Assembly: GCA_030390025.1 (NCBI GenBank)
Contig: CM059438.1
Span: forward strand, 86,800,001-86,864,000
DNA from: Squalus acanthias
Taxonomy: Eukaryota
Reading direction: 5' to 3'
DNA: 64,000 nt
Shown here: piece by piece, positions 1-10,625 of the stretch
Numbering within the stretch: the first letter of the stretch is position 1
How the letters are laid out: each line of letters starts with the position of its first letter
Translations under genes and position numbers: made by a program
Notes under the pieces: model-generated
What the model was told of the DNA's origin: nothing
The model's input: the letters and a program-made list of their open reading frames with translations, nothing else
Databases searched by the model: none

Positions 1-331
1 CACAACCCCCCAGAGATATCTGTGCCCCTCTAATTCTGCCCTTTTGAGCATCCCTGATTATAATTGCTCAGTCATTGGTCGCCGTGCCTTCTGTTGCCCA
101 GGCCCTAAGCTCTGGAATTCCCTGCCTAAACCTCTCTGCTTCGCTACCTCTCTTTCCTCCTTTAAGACGCTCCTTAAAACCTACCTCTTTGACCAAGCTT
201 TTGGTCACCTGCCCTAATTTCTCCTTATGTGGCTCGGTGTCAATTTTTTGTCTTTTAATACTCCTGTGAAGCACCTTGGGACGTTTTACTACATTAAAGG
301 CGCTATATAAATACAAGTTGTTGTTGTTGTT
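1..331 (+). mobile_element. L2-type LINE 3' fragment
   Basis: Ends in AAAGGCGCTATATAAATACAAG(TTG)n; a reverse-strand copy of the same sequence lies at about 34605-34870. Confidence 0.65.
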
Positions 332-1151
332 GATAATTCCAGAAAGAGTGCAGCTGGATTATATTTATGTTAATCCAGTTATGTTAAAACAGTGCACTAG
401 AATCTAGAATCATATAGGTGTTGAACAAGTCTGTATGTGACTGTAAGCGTTTATTTATCATTGCCATTCTCTTCAAGGTTGGTTCCAACCATAATTTGAA
501 CAGCAGAAGAATGGGCTTTGGCCAGTATGGGATGATGCACCTTCTTAACAGCCCTAGGAGCTTTTTGGTCAACTTCTTATGCACTGGACCTGTAGCATTC
601 TCACAATTAGTCCTAGAAGGAGAGCCCAAGGCAGTGGAATTAGTTTCGGATTGCTCGAGCAAAGAGCTGGCACAGACACGATGGGCTGAATTGGCTCCTT
701 CTGTGCTGTAAATCTCTATGCAGATGTATCTTGGTACTCCAATGTGCTGTGCCACTATGCCTAATGTTATTAATGAAATCTCTAAACTATATGGGGGAAA
801 AATTAGGTCGCGCCCCATTTGGGGCGCAAATATCGTCTGGACGCAAATATTAGCGCCTGGCGCTAATTATCGCCACTGACTGGAAACTTCACTTTTACCG
901 CCCCGGGAGGTGAGTGGAGCGCTAAATCAGGCGCTGCACACCTGTCTTAAGGCGCAAAGGCCGAGCAGTGAGGCACTAACTCAGCGCGCGAGCGCAGCGC
1001 AGGTGCTGCCAGTTAGCGAGGGAACACAGACACACTGGCGCCGGCCACTTCTTAAAACGGGGGGGGCCAACTTGCTCCCCAGCCACACCCTGCTCATTGT
1101 AGCCTTGAATCTCAGCCTGGAGAGACCTGTGAATCCATTTTGCTGCCAAGG

Positions 1152-1388
1152 ATGGAGAGGGTGAGAGAACGAGCTCATCGCTTCACCGAGCGGGCCTTGG
1201 ATGCTCTGGTTGGCGCGGTGGAGCGCAGAAGATGTATACTCTTCCCTGAGAGTGGCAGGAGGCCTTTGCCACGCGAGTACAGAAGAGTGTGGAGGGAGGT
1301 GGCTCAGAGCGTCTCCTCCAGGAGCATGGTGCCCAGGACCCATGTTCAATGCCGCAAAAAGTTCAACGACCTCACTCGGGTCGTCAGG
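1152..1388 (+). CDS. Harbinger Myb/SANT-like DNA-binding protein, exon 1
   Basis: ATG at 1152; MERVRERAHRFTERALDALV...WREVAQSV...RTHVQCRKKFNDL fits the Myb_DNA-bind_5/MSANTD pattern; donor AGG|GTGAGT, phase 0. Confidence 0.88.
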
Positions 1389-1529
1389 GTGAGTGGCTTT
1401 TTCTCAATACCTCTCCATCCCTCCATCTCAACCTCACTCTATGGCCAGAGGGTCTTAAAACCCCAATGCACAACACTCATCCAACACCTATGGCCCTTTC
1501 ATGAAACACACACACACATTCCACACTTT

Positions 1530-1637
1530 GCATACAGTAAGGGCTATTCACCTATGGGAGGCACATCAGGCAAGACCATGGCTGCATACAGTAAGGGCTA
1601 TTCACCTATGGGAGGCACATCAGGCAAGACCATGGCT
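1530..1637. repeat. Perfect 2 x 54-bp tandem duplication in intron 1 of the Myb gene
   Basis: GCATACAGTAAGGGCTATTCACCTATGGGAGGCACATCAGGCAAGACCATGGCT occurs twice. Confidence 0.95.
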
Positions 1638-1672
1638 GTATATTTACTCAGATGCTGTCCTTTTTCTTGCAG

Positions 1673-1835
1673 GCCAAGCTGGCGCATAATCGGAGACAGC
1701 AGCAACGGACAGGTGGAGGGCGGCCTCAGCTGCAACCCCTCAGCGATCTTGAGGAGCGCGTCCACAGGATTGTGGCAAGCCGGGTGATCGGTCCCGTCGC
1801 CACTGGAGACGCTGACCCCGTTCTGGACAGCAATG
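1673..1835 (+). CDS. Harbinger Myb/SANT-like protein, exon 2
   Basis: Acceptor TTTTTCTTGCAG; AKLAHNRRQQQRTGGGRP...LSDLEERV (TGGG motif typical of these proteins); donor ATG|GTAAGG, phase 1. Confidence 0.85.
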
Positions 1836-1994
1836 GTAAGGTCAACACCTTTTTGTCCTCTGTCCTTCCACTTGTCCCTCACAACACCAGCCTTTGACAC
1901 TTTCAATCCAACTTGCTAACTCGCTGCACTTATTCCTCCCTTACTGCCACCCTGTCCTCACGCTAAAGCCACTCTTGTACCTCCCTGCTTTCAG

Positions 1995-3037
1995 ATGGTG
2001 ATTCACCAGCTGAGGAGACGGGCCCTGAAGCTGCCACTGGGAGTGAAGCTGCAGCCGAGGAGGAAGAGGAAGCCGGAGCATCAGTGCCACCCTCTCCCGA
2101 GGAAGCCCATGCCCACACTGGGAACACGCCTTCCCTGGAGGGGAGCAGGGGGGAAGGGTCTGATGAGGGTGAAGCTCCAGGACCCAGCGGGCTGCAGCAA
2201 CGCCATGGGGGTAGGGAAGAACGGGGGCCTTCTCCCCAGAGGGAGAGTATGCCAGAGACTCCTACTGCAATGGACGCAGAGGAGGAGCGGCTGATCGCAG
2301 AAATGAACACCCAGGCGGTGGGCATGCACACTGAGCTCATGGGTGCAGTGGGAAGGGTGCCCGAATGCATTGAGTCACTGGCAAGGAGTGTGGAGCACTT
2401 CGCTGTAGCACAGGCGGATGCCACACTAACGCTTAGTGCTGCAATTCAGTCACTGGCTGCCGTGATCCCATCTCTGACTGCTCTCATGCAGACTCAAATT
2501 GAGGCCACGCGAGCACAGACTGCTGCCAACCTCGATGGTTCGTTCACATGTCCCCGGGGCTCTCACCGCGCCGCAGCAGGCCAGCAATCTGTTCTCCAGC
2601 AGATTGCTCCGGATGCTGAAGTGCTGCCCCGTGGGAGTGCCAGTGTGTCGGGCGAGCAGGGAGTTGCTGTCCTCTCTCACGATGACAGCATTCCTGCTGC
2701 CAACACTGTCACTTCTCCACTGCACTTGCCACCGCCTGTAGGACAGACTGCTGCCGCCCATGCAGAGTTGGTGCAGTCTGCAGCCGGGCCCCCAGGCCCA
2801 GAACTGGTCGAGGCCGTCCTTCAGGGGCATCTGCAGTGTCAGGGTCTGACGATCAGCAGCCTTCCACCAGCCTTGCTGCAGCCACTGAGGTCCCATTACG
2901 GAGGAGCAGTAGGGTTAGAAGGGGGGAAGTGCGCAAGGGAAGGAGATCACCCTCGAAGGGCAAAAAGTAGGAGGTGTGACAAAATGCTGGTCATTTTTTT
3001 ATTAAAGGCCGAGGTTCATGGTCCAACTTTTGTTTAG
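1995..3037 (+). CDS. Harbinger Myb/SANT-like protein, exon 3 (acidic linker and coiled coil); probable frameshift near 2790, ancestral stop likely at 2968-2970
   Basis: Acceptor CTGCTTTCAG, phase 1, in frame with ORF 2084..3037; the shifted frame after about 2790 reads RPRTGRGRP...RRSSRVRR...KGKK*. Confidence 0.75.
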
Positions 3038-3282
3038 TGTTTTGGACATTATCTCCAGGTTGTGAGAACCAGTTATGTTATTGACTGTTTTTTTGTGTTT
3101 ATTTCTATGAGTTTGTCATGAGGAAATGACACACACAGAGTTTGTAAAATAAATAAGTTTCTGTATTCAAAATATACATGGTTGGTGTTTGGAATTATTG
3201 GTGCCTTGGCCGGCTTAGGGGTTGCGTGCTGGGTTCATTGATGTTGTTAGCAATGGCAGAAGCCATTTCCACAGCAGGGGCC

Positions 3283-4441
3283 CTAGAAGCGGCTTGCTAT
3301 CAGCCGTTGACGGACGGCCCTTGCAGTTTCACCATTGTGGGCCGCCCTCCCGCCTTGGTGCTGCTGATGATCATCCTCCTCGTCCTCTTCCTCCTCTTCC
3401 TCCTCCTCCTCTGGTGGTGCTCCAAGGCCTGGTGGCATTGGCTGGGTCCTGACGATTGCCATGTTATGCAACATGCAGCACACAACTACGAAGTTGGATA
3501 CTCGTTCAGGCGAGTACTGCAGGGCTCCTCCAGAATGGTCGAGACAGCGGAACCGTTGCTTCAGCACGCCGATTGTGCGCTCAATGATGTTCCTGGTAGC
3601 TTGATGGCTCTCATTGTACCGCAGCTCAGCAGGGGTGTTGGGCGTACGGAGCGGTGTCATCAGCCAGGTGCTCAATGGATACCCCTTGTCCCCGAGAAGC
3701 CAACCAACTGGCTGATGCGGTGCCTCAAAGTTCTGCCACAGTAGTCTGGCGCAGGATAAAAGCATCGTGGCAGCTGCCAGGATAGTGGGCATTGACAGCG
3801 AGTATCAGCTGTCTGTGGTCACAGACCAACTGAACATTCAAGGAATGGAACCCCTTTCTGTTCCGGAATTCCTCGGCATTCTCATGTGGAGCACGCAAAG
3901 CCACATGCGTGCAGTCAATGGCGCCCTGCACCATGGGGAAGCCCGCTATCCTCGCAAAGCCCAGAGCGCGGTCACGCTGCTTGTCTGGGGTCATGGGGAA
4001 AGAGATGAACTCTCGTCTCCTTTTAAAGAGGGCATTTGTGACCTGCCGGATGCAGCAATGCACCGCGAACTGGGAGATATTGGCGAGGTCCCCAGCAGCA
4101 GCTTGAAATGAGCCAGTAGCATAGAAGTTGAGAGCCACTGTGACCTTCACTGCCACCGACAGAGACGTCCTGGACCTCAGTTGAGGCTGCAGATCTGGCT
4201 GCAGCAGGTGGCAGAGCTCAGTGACCACCTCCTTGCTGAATCGCAGCCTTCGCAAACACAGCTCCTCAGACATATGAAGGTAGGAGAGCTGTTCACGATA
4301 TACCCTGGGAGGGTAAGCTCTCCTGTACATACGCCTGTTGGCCCTCCTCCGTCTGGCCATCATTGCCACTCTCTCTCTGCGTCTCTGTGTCCTCCGATTC
4401 AGCTGGAGCAGGACGACGCCCCCAATCAGTGCAGCCCCCAT
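3283..4441 (-). pseudogene. Harbinger DDE transposase (HARBI1-like) with one frameshift at about 3735
   Basis: ORFs 3725..4510 and 3283..3792 together give [58 protein letters not shown] and CCMLHN; the catalytic D/D/E are intact; ATG at 4441. Confidence 0.92.
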
Positions 4442-5691
4442 AGTCTCTTTGCAAGCAAAGTAATGAAGGACAGCAACCAAAGTAGCAGCGAAGTTAGGAT
4501 CAGTAGGCAAAACTACCTCACAAAGCGTTGACTCAATGCAGAAGTCTCTCTTTCTCTCTCTCCGAATCTCTCTCTCTCTCTCTCAGAACGAGTGGTGCAA
4601 AAATGTCAACCACAGAAAAAGACAGGAAGAGGCCCCCTTTAAATAGCGCCCCCCCCAGCCCCACAGCGATTGATAGCGTTCCAGTCTTCCGGTCGTTGGA
4701 TGCGCCAGGCGGTAAGGCAGGGGGCGCCACTCAATTTCCGCTCCGGGGCGCCACAAGGGCGTTGCACCATGGAATGACGTCACAATCTGCGCGCGCAGGT
4801 GGTCGCAGCGGTAAAGTTTAGCGCCGCCGCACAATGTCTAGTTAAGTTCCCGAGCGGCGCAAACATCGCTGCGCCCGGGCGTTAGCGGCTTTGCGCCCCA
4901 TTAGCGCCCTCTTAAGGCGCTAACGGGAGGCGCAACCAACTGAATTTTTACCCCTTAGAATATTATTCCTTTGGCAGTCTTGTGGATGTTCATACACTAT
5001 AACTAAGAGCATAAGAAAGGACCATGAAATAAGAATAGGCCAATTACCTCACCAAGACCACTTCTTGCACAGACAATGTACAATCTACCAAACCATAGAC
5101 TCTACCCCAACCATTTAATCCCCGGAGGAAAAGTTATGGTTAAATAATTGCTGAACAATAACGGTAAATAAAGCAAAGTTTCATAATATTCATCCATCCT
5201 CATTTCTACCATTCAACCCTGAACTACTGCCCTCCATAAAGAACATTTGACCCTCTCCTTCTCCCTGCCTTCCTTTAACCTTCGGCCCCATTCCCAGCAG
5301 AGGACCATTGTGTCATGTGGAGCTTTTGATCCTTTAAGTCTATCCCCTTCCATATCAACCTACAATCACATTCCCAATCAGATAATTATCCTATTCCTCT
5401 TTTATGGAACCAAGTAATACAGTCTCAACTGCTTCTTTCTGGGGGTTTGTTCCACATTGCCACTACTCCTTAGCAAATAAAAATGTTTCTTCTAATCTCT
5501 AGTTTCACTTGAAGTCTGTTAACTTTAAACCTCTGTTAACTTTAAACCTGCACTCTCCGGTTTTGTCTTCTTAAGTGGAGTCAAAAAGCCTACTGAGATC
5601 AACATCATCTTTGCCTCTCAGCACATTAAAGACCTGGATCATGCCCGCCCACCCACCACCACCACCCACCCCCCAAAAAAAATCTTCTTAC

Positions 5692-5782
5692 CATCTGAGG
5701 ATTTAGAGTAATAGCTTTAGTAAATGAAATCACAGCTTCCTCCAATAGCCCCATGGTAAGCCGCCTCGTTCCTTTCTCACAA
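5692..5782 (-). CDS. TTC16: Tetratricopeptide repeat protein 16, coding exon 3 (first TPR)
   Basis: Acceptor CTTGCTTTTACAG, donor ATG|GTAAGA, 91 nt, phase 2 to 0; (H)CEKGTRRLTMGLLEEAVISFTKAITLNPQM resembles recalled human TTC16 YYSRGQQCLEQADWETAVLLFSRALHLDPQL. Confidence 0.8.
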
Positions 5783-6019
5783 CTGTAAAAGCAAGATGTT
5801 TATGTTAAATGAATGTCCGAGATACAGTATCTTATCTATTCAGCACAACCGTCTATTGCTTACCATTTGTAATTACATAGTGTTTACAGCACAGAAACAG
5901 GCCATTCAGCTCAACGGGTCTGTGCCGGTGTTTATGCTCCACAGGAGCCTCCTCCCACCCTACTTCAGCTCACCCTGTCAGCTGCACTAATGTAGCTGGA
6001 TTAATTGCGTGCAGCAATA

Positions 6020-6590
6020 AAACCTTCCATTTACATAGAGCCTTTCACATCCTCAGAATATCCCGATTAAGTCCTTTTGAAGTGTAGTCACTGTAGTTGG
6101 ATAACCAAATTTGTACACAGCAAGATCCCACAAACAGAAAATGTGATAAATAATCAATTCATCTGTTTTTGGCAGTGTTGGTTGAGTGATGAATGTTTCC
6201 AGGACACATTGGAAAAAACATTTCTTGAAATAGTGCCTTGAAATCTTTTACATCCATCTGAACAGATGCTGCCTTTGTTTGAAGTCTGAAAGAGAAGCAC
6301 CTCCAACAGTGCAGCATTTGTTCAATTTTAATCAGCATCACTAAAAAAACAGATTATCTGGTCATTATCACGTTGCTGTTTGTGGGAGCTTGCTGTGGGC
6401 AAATTGGCTGCCGCGTTTCCTACATCACAACAGTGACTACACTTCATTGGCTGTCCTGAGGTTGTGAAAGATGCTACATTATCCAAGTCCTTCTTTCTTT
6501 CTTTACTGCAATGAACTGTTAGCCCAGTTTATGTGCTCAATTTCATAATGGGAGTTGACTCAGAGGCGCTAACACTGAGCCAAGCTGACA
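6020..6590 (-). mobile_element. SacSINE1/DeuSINE-type SINE carrying an opposite-strand SINE 3' fragment at about 6330-6503
   Basis: Similar to the full copy at 36648-37120. Confidence 0.6.
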
Positions 6591-7077
6591 CAATTAACTT
6601 TTCAAATCTTTTAATGATACGCATTGGTCACACCAGCAGTTTTAGATGTGATATTATTCTCCATGTAAATGATCAGCACTGTTTGGACTTCAGTTGAATT
6701 AGAATAACAGACTGGAGCATCTACTAACACATTCCTTTACATCCAGTCCTCTCCTTACACTCTCACTTCCATTCATTTTGAAGCTGTCCCCATCTTTTAT
6801 ATGGCATCATGACCATAGAATGGGGGATTCAGCTTTGATCCTGCCATCCACTTCCTGATCTCAGCTATACTCTGGTGTTCCTAAGTGCCTCCATACAGAG
6901 GTGGGATAAAAATCAGAGAAAAGAGGAGATCGAGATTGAAGAAGGGATAAGGGGGATGTAAAGCTCACCAAGGAAGGCATCTCATCACCCCATCAAAGAC
7001 CCTGAAGTATATTCAATCACATCCTAAGGTATCTGCCTCAAAGAGGTGAGGGTGCCAAAGAACATTGAAAAACACAA

Positions 7078-8934
7078 AATAACAACAGAAAACGCTGGAA
7101 AAACTCAGCTGGCCAGGCAGCATCCGTGGAGAGAGAAAGAGAGTTATCGTTTCAGGTCGATGACCTTTCATCAGAACTGGGAAGAGCCGGAAATCAAATA
7201 GATTTAAGGCCAGGGTAAAGCTGGGAAAAGGGGGAGGGGATAAAGGAACAAAGGGGGAGATGAAGAGACATTAAGAGATATGCAAGGCTAGAGGTGGTGT
7301 TAATGTGACAGATTAAGGCTGAAAGAAGTGTGAAATCCGCTGGCAGAATGAAGGACAGCTGCCAGCTTCTAGGAGGAAAAAAAAAGGTGGGGGGGGGCAA
7401 ATAAAAGGGTGGAAAAAATAAAATATAAATGTGATTGGAGCTGAGGTTATGATCTAAAATTGTTGAACTCGATATTGAGTCCAGAGGGCTGTAGCGTGCC
7501 TAAACGAAAGATGAGGTGCTGTTCCTCGAGCTTACGCTGCGCTTCCGTGGAACAGTGTAATAGGCCGAGAACGGTGAGGTCAGAGTGGGAGTGAAGCAGT
7601 GAATTAAAGTGACAGGCGACCGGGAGCTCGGGGTCCCCCTTACGGACTGAACGGAGGTGTTCCGCAAAGCGGTCACCCAATCTGCGTTTGGTCTCCCCAA
7701 TGTAGAGGAGACCACATCGTGAGCAGCGAATACAGTATACTAAATTGCAGGAAGTACAAGTAAATCGCTGTTTCACCTGGAAGGGGTGTTTGGGGCCCTG
7801 GACAGTGGGAAGAGGGGAGGTATAAGGGCATGTGTTGCATCTCCTGCGCGTGCACGGGAAGGTGCCGGGCGAAGGGGAAGGAGTGCTGGGGGTGGTAGAG
7901 GAGTGGACTAGGGTGTCGCGGAGGGAGCGGTCCCTGCGGAATGCTGAAAGGGGAGGTGAGGGGAAGATGTGTTTGGTGGTGGGATCACACTGGAGGTGGC
8001 GGGAATGGCGGAGGATGATCCGTTGAATGTGGAGGCTGGTGGGGTGAAAGGTGAGGACAAGGCGGACCCTATCGTGGTTCCGGGAGGGAGGGGCAGGGGT
8101 GAGGGCAGAAGTGCGGGAGATAGAACGGACACGGTCGAGGGCCGTGTCGACCACGGTAGAGGGGAATCCTCGGTTGAGGAAAAAGGAAGACATGTCGGAA
8201 GCACTGGTATGGAAGGTGGCATCATCAGAGCAGATGCGGCGGAGACGGAGAAACTGGGAGAATGGAATAGAGTCCTTACAGGAGGCGGGGTGGGAGGAAG
8301 TGTCGTCCAGGTAGCTATGGGAGTCAGTGGGCTTGTAGTGAATGTTAGTCAATAACCTATCCCCAGAGATGGAGATGGAGAAGTCGAGGAAGGGAAGGGA
8401 AGAGTCGGAGATGGACCATGTGAAGGTGAGGGAAGAGTGGAAATTGGAAGCATAGTGAATGAAATGTTCTAGTTCAGGGCGAGAGCAGGAGACGGCACCG
8501 ATACAGTCATCAATGTACCGGAAAAAGAGGTGAGGGAGGGGACCCGAGTAGGACTAGAACAAAGAGTGTTCCACATATCCCACGAAAAGGCAGGCATAGC
8601 AATGCGGGTACCCATAGCAACACCTTTAATTTGGAGGAAATGGGTAGAGTCAAAGGAGAACTTGTTCAATGTGAGAACAAGTTCAGCCAGGCGGAGGAGG
8701 GTGGTGGTGGATGGGGACTGGTTGGGCCTCTGTTCAAGGAAGAAGCGGAGCGCCCTCAGGCCATCCTGGTGGGGAATGGAGGTGTAGAGGGATTGTACGT
8801 CCATAGTGAAGAGGAGACGGTTGGGGCCGGGAAACTGGAAACTGTTAAAATGGCGGAGGGCATCGGAAGAGTCGCGGATGTAGGTGGGAAGAGACTGGAC
8901 AAGGGGAGAAAAAATAGAGTCGAGATAGGAAGAG
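7078..8934 (-). mobile_element. Penelope-like retroelement (Neptune-type RT plus GIY-YIG endonuclease), 5'-truncated and frameshifted
   Basis: ORF 8469..8942 (FTMDVQSLYTSIP, GVAMGT) and ORF 7447..8352 (YKPTDSHSYL, VYCIRCSRCGLLYIGET...RFAEH); pLTR-type tail at 7080-7190; possible TSD AAACACAA. Confidence 0.9.
7142..7178 (-). ncRNA. Minimal type I hammerhead ribozyme motif in the Penelope pLTR, cleavage triplet mutated
   Basis: Minus strand reads AGTT-CTGATGA-A-AGGTC-ATC-GACCT-GAAA-CGAT-AACT. Confidence 0.7.
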
Positions 8935-9511
8935 AAACACAAGTCTGTTGGGCTTGAGCTAATTCTAATCAGACTTCTTCTATGAGGGATTCAAGGACAA
9001 CATGAACATTGTTTTGCTGTAATTCGGAGAACCGGCATTGAGGGAGAGCCCATGCATAATGTACCTGCGCACAAAAGGTAGGTGTGATGTGTCTCGTGGT
9101 CTCCTGAAACTCGTTTTTGATTGCCTTTGGTAGTTGGAGAGGAATTTCCCAGAATATTTTCCCCCTCAATTGGCCTAGGGTTTTTATCTGTTTTTTGTGC
9201 TTTGCCTCTCCCAAGAGCTTACATGGCTCCTGGTGGGTGAGGAGTGTTGGGTATCACGATCTTCAGTTGCAACATGACTGAATGGGACAGGCTCAATAGA
9301 CCAGCTGGTCTTTTTCTGTCTGTCATTTTTGTATGTTTGTATGTCACTTTAACATGTTAGCTGCTTACTTTTCTGTCCAAAATGGAGCCCTTCCTTCTCA
9401 AATGACAACTATCTCTAAGCTGTGAGTGACATAAATGTGAATCTCCTCTAAGGGATCCATTACTGCAGTAACTTATTGTCACTGCGCTATCATATCACTA
9501 AGCAGAGAAGT

Positions 9512-10570
9512 AAGAAAGAAAGAAAGACTTGCATTTATATAGCGCCTTTCACGACCATCGGATGTCCCAAAGCGCTTTACAGCCAATGAAGTACTTTTTG
9601 AAGTGTAGTCACCGTTGTGATGTAGGAAACGCGGCAGCCAATCTGCACACAGCAAGCTCCCACAAACAGCAATGTGATAATACCCAGATAATCCGGGCGG
9701 GATTTTGCCAATGGGGAGCTTTTGGAGGCGGGACTCCCACTTGTCGGGTTTTAGTCCCACCTCCATTGACTTCTGGCCAACCCACGCTATTTTCCCTTGA
9801 TTGACCTTGCTAAACCCGCCCAGCGGGCTTAGCAGGCCAATTAAGGGGAAGCCGGTTACAGAGAACATCAGCGTATGATGTTTCATCTGTCAAAAAATTT
9901 TGACAGATGAATTGTCATCGTTTGCCAGCTCTGTGAAGCTGTCAAACACTGACATTCTCTGTAGTTTGATGAGTTCTTGTATTCAAGACTCATCAAACCT
10001 CTTTCTTTAGCAGAAATTAGATGGTTGTTGCATTGGAGAATGCAGCAGCCATCTGTCATCTCTGCCGGTGAGATGCGAGACTCTCCGCATCCCCAATGAT
10101 TGAAGCCTGCAGGAAGAAACAAAGGTAAGTAAACATTTTCTATCACTTTCCACTTACCTCACATACTCACCTCTCCACACTTGCACCCATCACTTACCTT
10201 CACAGCGCACTTTTGCACCCCTCTGACCCCCGCAGACCCATTGCTCGCCTCGGTGACCCTGGCAGGGTTCGCAGCCTTCGGGAAGCCCACACTTGTGTGG
10301 GTAAAATGGGGATAATCCTCTTTTCTGCCTGTTAACCACCTGTTAACAGGCAGTTAAGTGGCTGTAATCCCTTCCCGCCTCCAGGAGATGGGACCCGGTG
10401 CAGGTCGGCTACCCGCCTCCTGATGGCACGGAGGCGGGTTGGGCAGCCGCCCCCAGATGCTGCCATTTTCCCGGCAGTCCCACCTCCAAACCCACCTCCC
10501 CAGGGCTGGCAAGATTGCGCCCTCTGTTTTTGCTATGTTGATTGAGGGATAAATATTGGCCAGGACATGT
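9512..10570 (-). mobile_element. SacSINE1-type SINE 3' half interrupted by a MITE
   Basis: SINE sequence CAGATAATC|TGTTTTTG is split by the 9695-10522 insert. Confidence 0.75.
9695..10522. mobile_element. Non-autonomous Harbinger-type MITE, family B, copy 1
   Basis: Imperfect TIRs GGGCGGGATTTTGCCA / TGGCAAGATTGCGCCC; 3-bp TSD TCC/TCT; highly similar in inverted orientation to 13975-14640. Confidence 0.85.
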
Positions 10571-10625
10571 AAAAAACATCACTTATAAAACAAACCATGG
10601 CTTTCATTAGGGATGACCGTGACTG

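Larger units (their letters stand above)
793..4954. mobile_element. Harbinger/PIF DNA transposon, full length (about 4.16 kb), with two convergent genes
   Basis: TIRs GGGGGAAAAATT (793) and AATTTTTACCCC (ends 4954); GC-rich subterminal repeats; Myb/SANT gene on + and DDE transposase on -; flanks TAT/TTA do not form a perfect TSD. Confidence 0.93.

Noticed and set aside
384-590. Minus-strand ORF segment with an acceptor-like site, as the next TTC16 exon
   Set aside because: Open only in phase 1 while phase 0 is needed, and it has no TPR pattern; the next exon is probably left of the window
1140-1787. 215-aa ORF as the complete Myb protein
   Set aside because: It reads through intron 1 and the 54-bp duplication; the spliced model has strong sites and restores the TGGG motif
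3178-4531. Plus-strand ORFs, including a Leu-rich membrane-like one
   Set aside because: Antisense shadows of the transposase; the Leu run mirrors its poly-Glu tract
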